The notes beneath the pieces were generated by a model that was not told the origin of the DNA, searched no databases, and was given only the letters and a program-made list of their open reading frames with translations. A stretch of DNA of 64,000 bases from Eledone cirrhosa (taxonomy: Eukaryota), in NCBI GenBank assembly GCA_964016885.1, contig OZ024740.1:286998001-287062000 (forward strand), written 5' to 3'. This document shows, in pieces, positions 53,515-64,000 of the stretch. How positions within the stretch are numbered: position 1 is the stretch's first letter; the number at the start of each line of letters is the position of its first letter. Made by a program: the position numbers and the translations under genes.

Positions 53515-54414
53515 CAGTTGGCACAAATAAATCTGGAATGTTTATGTGGCAACAGTGTCATGACTTCACAGTATAGCGAGGTTTCGAGAGCTCCATTAGA
53601 AAGTACTACACTTCAGTAGCTGTCTAACCATTGATGCACGAGGTGCTTAGTAATCAACATGTTGTCAGAATACAATTGTCGAGCTGCTGTTGTGGAGAAC
53701 CTTTGCATTGGCCACAAAGCCAAGAAAATCATTAAATGGTTTAAATACCCTAATAGCCTGGTCTACAACCTTGCAATGGCATATGGGGCCTCAGACGCCA
53801 AGGACAATTTCAAGCCAGAACGCAAGACTCACAAAAAGTGCTCTGGCACCACCAAAATGTCTGAGTTCATCACTGACGGTCTCCACCTTGGTGCGCTCCT
53901 AGATGAGCAAGTCAAGCTCTGGATGGACAGGGTGGCTAAAGGGAGGCCCTATGTCTTTCAACACTCAATAGGGTGTTGAAAGATATACGGCCTCCCACAA
54001 AGCCAGGATCACCCACGCCTGGCTCTTCGCCAATGTGCTGTACCAATGGTCACCCAATTCATAGCCCCTCTCCTCATCGCCAGATTAATCCTCTCGACTA
54101 TTTTGTGTGGAGCGTCTTGGAGAGGGAAGTAAACAGCAGGCCCTACAACACCAAGAAGGCTCTCAAGACAGCCATCAGGGACACTATGGCTAACATGGAC
54201 AGGGACGCCATCGCCAATGCCTGTTTCGGCTTCCTGTTCCACCTGGAGAATGTGGAGGCCACTGATGGTGGCCACATTGAGTTCTTTTTGTACCTTATAT
54301 ATGTGCCTAACTGTGTATAAAGTTTCATTGAAATATATTAATTTGTTATATAAAAAATGCTGTTTTTATTATCGATTGATTTTTTTTTTTTCTAGATTTA
54401 TCTGCACCACATTG
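53515..54414 (+). mobile_element. Internally deleted Tc1/mariner (maT-like) element
   Basis: Imperfect TIRs with TA flanks; remnants RPYVFQ and NPLDYFVWSVLEREV...GGHIE. Confidence 0.85.
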
Positions 54415-55272
54415 TACCAAGTGTGTGTGTGCATGTATGCATAAATATCTGTAAAAGCTGGTGCTTGTGTGCACAATTTGACAATTTAATATAGCTAAGG
54501 TTTCCTACTTCTTAAATATCTTTGTCGTTTAATATGTGACACCTTAGATAACAACTGCTGGTCACCTTAATCTACATACATGTATACATGCACACACACA
54601 CACATCTATCTGTACACACAAACATGACCATTCAACACAACCACTTCAGTAACATAAACTTGAGTTTGTACTGCATCAAATCTCCTTCTACAAGTCACAG
54701 TGTGTGTGTTTATGGAATTCATGAACTGCAATGGCTTAAAGCTTGCAAAGAATGCACAGTTAGTAGCTGGTTTTCACTGTTGAGTAATGTTTTTAATATA
54801 ACAAATGTGAGTCAAGGTTTCATGCCAGTCTGACCTTCCTTCAACCATTATTGGAAAATAGCTCTAGTGTCTGAGTCATAATAAATAAACATCATATGTG
54901 GCCATCAATACAAAATATTACTATAAAAATTAGTTCAGCTATATGAATCAACAAGTATGACACAACAACAATTACCAACCTTCTGACATAGAAAACTTTC
55001 ACTCATATGTATGTATGTGTGTATGTATGTCTTTTTTTCTTTCTTTTAATTTTCAGTTTATTTTTGACTGGCCACCTTCCTGGTGGCAAGGTTGTAAAGA
55101 AAAGGAAATTGTTGTTGTCTCTTGTGTAAGCATTCATTATTTGAATCATAAGAATGTTTTACAGATTTTGATAGTTCCAGATGCTGCAGCCATGAAGGAA
55201 CTATGTTCTTTCTCCACAAATCCAATTTCAGTCATACTTTGATCTAGGAGTGTTTGCATATATATATATAAA

Positions 55273-55915
55273 CTAGCTGAATTACCTGCGCCTTGCTGCG
55301 TTTCACACATTTCTTTTGTAAGAAAATGATGATTGATTTTAAATCAGTGATATAATTTATGGAGAAAAACTCTTCATTTCAATATTATTCAATGTAAAAT
55401 GTAATACATGAAAAATTGGAAAAACATTATTTTTTGTAATATATCAAATCAAAATTACATTATTAAATCTTATTCTTATTTTGTTTCTTCTAAATAATGT
55501 TTTTCAAAATATCAATTCAAAACTTTTGTGAATAGGCATCATATCTTATCATTAAATATCATATAAATCGAATGGAAAAAATTTTCAGCGGGGGTTTGTG
55601 CCTCCGGGGAACCCTAATAGGGGATTTAACCCCCATTAGGGTGTCTTAATATTATTGAAATTTGCTGAAATTTTGTGAATAGGTATCATATCTTGTCATT
55701 TACCTATAGTTTAAATTTCATATAAATTGAATGTAAAAAATTTTCAGTGAGGGATTGTGCCTCCAGGGAGCCCTTTGATTAAAATGAAATATATTTATCC
55801 AAGTACCCTGGGTAATGTAGTTTCAGAATATATATGGTTATGGGGGTCTATCTCCAAAACCATAGGGGTAGTTCGTGAACAAACAAACAAACAGGAATAC
55901 AACTTTATATATATA
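55273..55915 (-). mobile_element. Non-autonomous Helitron-like element
   Basis: Minus strand starts TATATATAAAG...(GTTT)n and ends with a GC-rich segment then CTAG|T. Confidence 0.6.
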
Positions 55916-55919
55916 TATG

Positions 55920-56305
55920 TATATATATAAAATTAAGTATGTGTGTGTGTGTCTGTTTATTACCTATAGGGGGCTACATCTTACGACTGATTTTCATGAA
56001 ACTTTGTTCAGGAAGAGCGTGGCAGCCGCTTAAATATTCGAAAATACCACCTTTTCGCTCAAATTTCCGCCTTTTCGGCTCTAGCTCCCACATTTTTCAA
56101 CCGATTTTGTTCAAATTCAACCCCCCAGCATGCCCTTTCGTCAGTCACCCGCGTTCCTCAGTGATAGAGGTCATCACCACCCTCTCCCGCATGACCTGTG
56201 TGTGGCCATAGATGAGTCATCGAGAAGCAGTCGCTAAGATCAACACCTTTTCATCAAAGCAGATATTATTTTACTTACCCAGGCAACGCTGGGTACTGCT
56301 GCTAG
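55920..56305 (+). mobile_element. Non-autonomous Helitron-like element
   Basis: Starts TATATATAAAATT..(GT)n; ends with hairpin ACCCAG-GCAACG-CTGGGT then CTAG|T. Confidence 0.65.
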
Positions 56306-57782
56306 TACATATATATATATATATACACACACACATACATACATACATATTTATATATGTTTATTTATTTATGCAAAAAGAAAACAGAAACAACAAAGCA
56401 TGGCTGCTGTCTAAAAGAACACATGCAGATATATGCATCTATCACTACATCCATCCATACATACACATATGCATTCATACATATGCACGCATACATCTAT
56501 ACATACACATATTTACACACATATACACACACACACACACATACATCCATACATACACATACGCGCATACATACATACATAAGTATGTACATACATAATT
56601 TGGTGAGATAACCAAATATAATTAGAATGTAAATAGATAAAGAATATGTGCTAGGTATGACAGGAAAGATAGTGGACTCAAATCAAAGCAGCATGTAGCA
56701 AAGATACATTTTAAGCAGAACCTACAATAAATAACAATGATCTTGGTTGGTCTTGTTTAAGTAAATATCTGATTAATGACATTCCAGTCATAAAATATTG
56801 TCTTTTATACATTGTTTTACAGGACAGTATCATCTATAGTGTCGTGTCCTGTCTTCTTTCTTTTAACCCTTTTTTAACCCATATTTCTAATGAAAGACAT
56901 TGCCTATGCTTTTCAAATAATTTTCAAAATATTCAAACATTTTGAGAGATTTATTTACATAACTAACTTTCTTATAATTAAATTGGTGTTGGGAACACAA
57001 CAAAGGTTCTCTTATAAAATTATGATGGAAGATTTTTAGATGAATACAAACACTTTAAAACAAACAGTTTTGTATTATAGAATCAAAGGTGGCTTCATGT
57101 GGTTTGATATAAAAAAGGTTAAAGGTAGTAGGGTTTGACTTGAGGTAGATTTGGCTGCTCTACCCACTGGTATATATGATCAGCAGTCATCACATTATAC
57201 TCTATATGGGAAAATGGATGTCAATCAGTTAATACTCTCTCTCTCTCTCTTTTGAAAATGGCTGTTAAACATTGGTGATGATATATATATATATATTTCT
57301 CAACCTGTTAGTTCTATCGTTACTTTGGTATATTATTGTGTGTTAGATTTTGCCTACCACAATGTTCGATTTGTCAAGCTATTTAAACGTATGTTATTAC
57401 TCTAAGGACCTAACTTATCGAGTGGTTTGCTAACTCATCATTTCATATAAATAGGCCGAATTTGCTTGCAAACCGCCAGAGATTCGATTTTACTAAATTT
57501 CCAATTATATATATATATATATATATCATCACCACTGTTTATATTCGAAGTAGGCCATCAACATGTAAAAAGAATAGCTTAGATGAGAGATTAAAATAGT
57601 GGCTTTACCTTTAGTTTTTAACAGACTATTCATTCAAGGTTGAGATTTTCTCTGGTGAAATCTTTCTTGTTTTTCACTGGGATTCACCAGGAAATAATAT
57701 GTACCAACTGGTCAAGCTATGTTTAAAGCTGCTACAATTTGGTATAGGTGGAGGGAACACTACCCATTGATTGAGGTGCAAC

Positions 57783-58410
57783 ATAATAATGGTTTCTTAT
57801 ATAGGCACAAGGCCAGCAATTTTGGGGGAGGGGAAAGTCGATTAAATCGACCCCAGTGCGTGACTGGTACTTTATTTTATCGACTCTATAAGGATGAAAG
57901 GCAAAGTTAACCTCGGCGGGATTTGAACTCAGACCATAAAGGGCTGTAACTCTATGCTCTAAAGCATAGCATCCGACCCTCTACCGATACTGCTGTCCAC
58001 CGGCCTTATAATAATAATGATAACAATAATGTTAATAGTAATAATTATTTCTATATTTGGCACAAGGCTAGCAATTTGAAGGGAATGGGAAAGTCGACTA
58101 AATCGACTCCAGTATGTTACTGGTACTTTATTTTATCAATCCCATAAGGATGAAAGGTAAAACTAACCTCAGCGGTATTTGAACTCAGAACGTAAGGGGC
58201 CATAACTAAATATTGCAAAGCATTTTGTCTGACACTCAATCGATTCTGCTAATCCACCGCCCGAATGTTAATAGTAATAATTGCTTCTACTTTAGGCACA
58301 AGGCCAGCAATTTACCAGTGCATTACTGGTACTTTATTTTATCGACCCCGTAAGGATGAAAGGCAAAGTCAACCTCGGCGGGATTTGAACTCAGATCGTA
58401 AAGGGACGTT
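57783..58410 (-). mobile_element. Three consecutive Meta-domain SINE copies
   Basis: Copies at about 57783-58005, 58040-58262 and 58275-58410. Confidence 0.85.
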
Positions 58411-58419
58411 AATAGTAAT

Positions 58420-59697
58420 AATAACTTCAAAGAAGTTAACAAGTTCAAAACAGAAGCTGAATTAACAGTTAATTATGAAAAAGACAAAACAAAAACAAAT
58501 GGTGAAAAAGATAAAATCTATATTGAAAGCAGATCTCCAGAATACCATGCTGAAATAATAGCAAGAATAATCCATAACCAATAGCCAAAAAAGCTGAATA
58601 GGGAGGAAGTAGATAAAAAAAAATTCATAAAACTGGCTTTGAAGCACGGAATTAAAAGCCATGACTGAAGGATTCCTAATTGCAGATAAAGATAAAAGCC
58701 CCATCCACCAAAAAACCAACAAAAATACATAATGAAGTAGAACACAGTAAGTAACTGCAGAATATGTGGAGGTGGGGAAAAAATAATTAACCACATTATC
58801 TCTGGCTGCCCAGACTTAGCTAAAAAACGAATATATCCACAGGCATGATAGATTTACATACACTGGAAGTTATGTCAACAGTATGAAATACCAACAGGAA
58901 AGAGGTGGTACATACATCAGAAACGGTGTTGGAGAATGGCAATGCAACCATATTCTGGGAAATGCCTACACATCGTCATCATCACTGTTTTACGTCCATT
59001 TTTCCATGGTAGAGTTGGGATATATACACACTGGAAGTTATACCAAAATATATACCTGAAATATCACCAGAAAAGAAATGGTACAGATATACATAAAAAA
59101 AGGTGTTAGAATGATAAAGTAAGCATACTCTGAGATATGCTAATACACACAGGCAAAAAAGTTAAAGCCAACTAATCAAATACTGTAGTTAAAAAAACCA
59201 CAATGAAAAGAAATGTCTTTTAATTGTTGCATCAATCCCCACAAGTATATCAAGGAAATGGAGAAATTATCCAAATATAAAGATCTGGAAATAAAAATAA
59301 GCCAAATATAGATGAAACAATACCTTATAATTGTTTCTACTTTAGGCACAAGGCCAGCAATCACCAGTGCATTAATGGTACTTTATTTTATCGACCCCGT
59401 AAGGATGAAAGGCAAAGTCAACCTCGGCGGGATTTGAACTCAGATCGTAAAGGGACGTAACTATGCTGGAAAGCATGGCGTCCGACCCTCTACCGATACT
59501 GCCAGGTGCTCTGGGAATAATAAAAAAACACACAGACAAACATAATCAAAACCATAAGACAAATATATACAGAAAATAGCACTAGTAAGCACTGTAGACA
59601 CATTATGAAACAACAAAAAGAACACTACACATACCAAAGGTACACGGAGCTGTGTTTGGTAAAGCAGTGACAGCATGCATTAAAAACGACTACTAAT
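58420..59697 (+). mobile_element. Decayed R4/Dong-like element interrupted by a SINE (59328-59503)
   Basis: TEGFLIA...CRICGG...NHIISGCPDLAKNEYIHRHD...KEMEKLSKYKDLEI...ALGII...IQKIAL; bounded by TAA-rich runs. Confidence 0.8.
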
Positions 59698-59876
59698 AAT
59701 AATTCTACTTTTGGCACAAGGCCAGCAATTATCCCAGTGCATTACTGGTACTTTATTTTATCGACCCCGTAATGATGAAAGGCAAAGTTAACCTCAGCAG
59801 GATTTGAACTCAGACTGTAAAGGGACGTAACTATGCTGGAAAGCATGGTGTCCGACCCTCTACCGGTACTGCCAAA
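59698..59876 (-). mobile_element. Meta-domain SINE
   Basis: Matches the 28969 family. Confidence 0.85.
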
Positions 59877-60253
59877 TAATATTAATGTACTTGTATGACA
59901 CCATAAATCCATCAAAACAAAAGAATCATTCATTTATTTATACATATAATTCTAAGATTTTGAAGGCTGTTCACTGTTGGTATTTGTTCAGATTTGATCT
60001 GAAAGCCAACACAGATGAGAAAGTTCATACAGGCACAGTAATCTCAAACCAGAGAGCTGGAGCTGACTTACAGAAAACCCAATCACATATCGTGTAGGAT
60101 ATGTTTATATGGTGGAGAGTAAAGTACTGCGCGGCCTATTTGGCCAGACTTGTCTCATGATGCAGACGACCTATCTAACTTGTGCAAGCATGGAAAATGG
60201 ACATTAAATAATGATGATGATATCATCATCATCATTTAATGTCCATTTAATAA

Positions 60254-60771
<518 letters not shown>

Positions 60772-60789
60772 TATATAATATATATATAT

Positions 60790-60922
<133 letters not shown>

Positions 60923-61389
60923 CATTACATAATGCTTCAAGTGAACTACAATTTCCTCCATATATATATGTGTGTGTGTGTATATGTGTACTTTGAGTTT
61001 TGGTATGTGTACGTTTGGTGAACATATGTGTATTTACCTGTAGGTATGCCTGTGCGTGTGTTATATACGTATTTATGTGTGTATATTTATATACATTTAT
61101 ATAATTATATGTATATACACACACACACATATATTTGTTTATGTGTATTTGGTGTATACGTTCGTATGTGTGCGGGTACATGTGTCGCACGGGTTTATGT
61201 GCGTGTGCTCATGTTTATGTGTACGTGCATGTATATGCATGCATGACGGGTGTTTTCACATATGCACATGTATGTACGTATATTGATGTATGTATGTATA
61301 TATTTAATTATTATTACTTTTATGATTTTAATAACCTCTGTCATTTTCGTTCTACTAATTTATTTACATTATTCTTAACTCTGAAGCCG

Positions 61390-61710
61390 AGAATCATTTG
61401 GTTTCCTAAATAGAATATTAGTCTATGACTCTATTTATACCATAAACGGGGTTTTGTCTTGGCGTGTATTTGTTCGCATCGCTCCACATAACGACGTATT
61501 ATCTTCATTTTTTTCCGTTCATTGCCAGGGAACGTCTTCACAAACCAAAATATCGTCTTCCTGTTTTCCTTTGGTTGCAATGTTTTTCAAAATATTTACT
61601 TTTGCGTTCACAGATTGATTCCTTTAGTTTCAGAAGATCCCGTTAAGGGTGAAAGCACGATTTTTTTTTTTTTTTTTGCTTAAACTTTAATCTGTTATTT
61701 TAATAAATAT
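61390..61710 (+). mobile_element. Family C terminus, unfolded copy with complete HHR-like motif (61626-61686)
   Basis: AGTTT-CAGAAGA-TCCC GTTAA GGGT-GAAA-GCA...TGC-TT-AAACT; the upstream part matches 46575-46680 in reverse complement. Confidence 0.65.
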
Positions 61711-62064
61711 ATATAAATTTAATATTTATATATAGCCAAATACTATTTATATATATATATATATATAAATATAATATTTCTATGAGACAATGAGTGAAGA
61801 ATAGTGGTGTGAGTTGAGGAGTTAGGTAGGTACAAGGGCAGTAGAACAGGAAGTTAGGACTCTAATGTGATGAGAATAATTTATCCTAGATTTTGACTGC
61901 TCTTCCCAATATCTATTTGACCTTTAACTTTTATCTTCATGAACTTGTCTCTAGTGTCCATGGCTGCCAGTCTCACCCTACTTGTGAAATAAATACAAAC
62001 TTTTAATGTCAAGATGGACAACTCACTTTTTTTACATCATTAGAAGATAAAATATTAAACAGGA

Positions 62065-62325
62065 ACTCAGAACTACAGTACTATAAACATAGAGCTACAC
62101 TAGCAAAATCTCAGCACCACATTATCAGAAAATCAGAACTAACTTCACTATCATACAGTCAAACTATTATACATTTAGAGTTACACTACCATAAACTTAG
62201 AACTACACTACTATAAACTTAGAACTACACTACTATGAATTATACTACCATATAACTAAACTATTATAAACCGAGAACTGTATTTCTATAAACCGAGAAC
62301 TGCACTACTATAAACTATAGTACCA
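62065..62325. repeat. Degenerate ~22-bp tandem repeat
   Basis: AAACTTAGAACTACACTACTAT-like units. Confidence 0.75.
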
Positions 62326-62334
62326 TAGACATTT

Positions 62335-63235
62335 CTTCCTTGCCCATTTATTCCTGAGAGGGTCATGGGAGCAGAGTCCTCAAACATTCCCTCCAGTGAG
62401 TTCAGTCAAAAGCAACTGTTCCCAACTGATCCAGCTGGATCCCCAAGCATGACCAGCTAAGCTCATGGATGTTATCCAACCATCTTGCTCAGGGTCTACC
62501 CCTGGGTCTCCTATCTGTTGGTTTCGCCCATAAAATCTGTCTAGCAATTCTTTCCTGAAACATTCTAATCATATGTCCATAGTATTGGAGCTCATGAATA
62601 TCCTTCATTTTATTAGTCACTTTCTGTAACTTTTTGAAAAGATGTTTTCATCTTGTTTTTGTTTATTAAATTAAAATATTAGTGTTGAGGGAAACTACTG
62701 AGGGGGTTTGTATTGGCAAAGATTATTTTGATAAAGTTTATAAAATAGTTAAAGTTTTATATGTTGTAAAGAGATGAATTTCTAATGGTTTTTGGCAGGT
62801 TCATTGCCTTTGTTTCTTCTCCAACAAAGGGTCTGACTCTAAGCATTTAGATACTTTTCTCCTAATGTTACAAAAACTTCTTTTTAACATTTAGTTGGTA
62901 TTGGATGGCAGAATTGGTAGTTTTCTCCTTCTTTGCTCACTTATTCCATTCCTGAGTGGGTCATGGGGGAAGAGTCCTCAAACACTCCTTCCAGTTTGTC
63001 TTGTCAGAAGCAACCATCTCCAATTAATCCAGATGGATCCCCGAGCAAGACCATCCAAGCTTATGGACGTTATCCAACCATCTTGTTCAGGGGGTCTACC
63101 CTCGGGGTCTCCTGCTGGTTGGTTTTGCCCATAAAATCTGCCCAGCGATTCTTTCCTGAAACTTCTAACCTGTAATATTGGAGCTGTGATCTTTCAATTC
63201 AGAGAAGTAGGGGCTCTACATGGAGTGATAGACAA
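62335..63235 (-). mobile_element. Two RTE LINE 3' ends (62335-62595 and 62930-63235)
   Basis: Minus strand RRPRGRP-x-RWLDN; the two copies are clearly homologous. Confidence 0.75.
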
Positions 63236-63359
63236 AATCCTATATATTTACTTAGGTCCCTTCAAATTCTGCATTGAAATAATGTCACGGCCAACTTTAC
63301 CTTTCATCATCTAAAGTTAATATAATAAAATAAATTATGAGTGAAGTACTAGGGTGGAT

Positions 63360-63562
63360 TTAACCCTTTAATGTTCAAACCGGCCAAAACCGGCCAGAAT
63401 TCTCTACCTCTTTCTGTTGAAACTGGCTGTAACTGGCCACTCATACTGATGTTAAGGTATTGTTCTCAAAATAAATACTTTCAAACTCTCATAGATTCAA
63501 TATTATGTGAGATATGAAAATACAATAGTAAATATAGAGTAATGTGAATGCTAAAGGGTTAA
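63360..63562. mobile_element. piggyBac-type MITE
   Basis: TTAA-CCCTTTA...TAAAGGG-TTAA; a related end lies at 6885-6966. Confidence 0.75.
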
Positions 63563-63638
63563 TCAATTAATCAATTAATCTCCAAATATTTGTGACCAAA
63601 GTACCTTGGCAGAATCAGTAAGAGAAACAGATTAGTTA

Positions 63639-63846
63639 CAGTATATACTGGAATATAAGCCGATACAAATATAAGCTGACCCCACTATTTTATGTGTGAG
63701 AAATGGGTAAAAGTCCAAACCTTAATTACCTAGAACTTGAAGTTGGTGAAAATTGTCAAAATATTGACCCTGAAAATAAGCCAATCCTGCTTCTATCATC
63801 AATTCTTTGATCACATACTCCTTGGTTTATATTCGAGTATATACTG
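63639..63846. mobile_element. pogo/Tigger-type MITE
   Basis: TA-CAGTATATACTGGAATATAAGCC / GGTTTATATTCGAGTATATACTG-TA. Confidence 0.8.
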
Positions 63847-64000
63847 TATGTTGCTTTATATTTTGAGTTCAAATCCTACTAAGGTAGACTTTGTCTTTCA
63901 TCCTTTCAACTATAAGGATGTTGGATTAGCAGTATTGATAGAGCGTTGGACATCATGCTTTGTGGCATATAGTTATGCCCCTTTATGTTCTGAGTTCAAA

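Overview
AT-rich, repeat-saturated eukaryotic DNA with no intact host gene that I can support. The SINE families (tRNA head plus Meta-type GCCTTTCATCC domain, RTE-tailed SINEs) and the microsatellite load suggest a mollusc, probably an octopus; this is inference. The window holds decayed non-LTR retrotransposons (CR1, Tx1/L1, RTE, R4/Dong-like, CRE-like), Tc1/mariner remnants, MITEs, two head-to-head Helitron-like elements, a 2.7-kb 24-bp minisatellite and a 3'-truncated histone H4 fragment. The most striking signal is about ten sequence-unrelated short elements, mostly next to (TA)n tracts, that each carry a type I hammerhead ribozyme (HHR) motif (stem I, CUGANGA, stem II, GAAA, stem III, NUH, stem I'). 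Many are folded back into palindromes whose turning point lies in or near the ribozyme. They look like termini of Penelope-like elements (PLE) or retrozyme-like elements, and one family has a fixed non-canonical core (CAGAAGA). All coordinates and pairings were read by eye, so boundaries are approximate.
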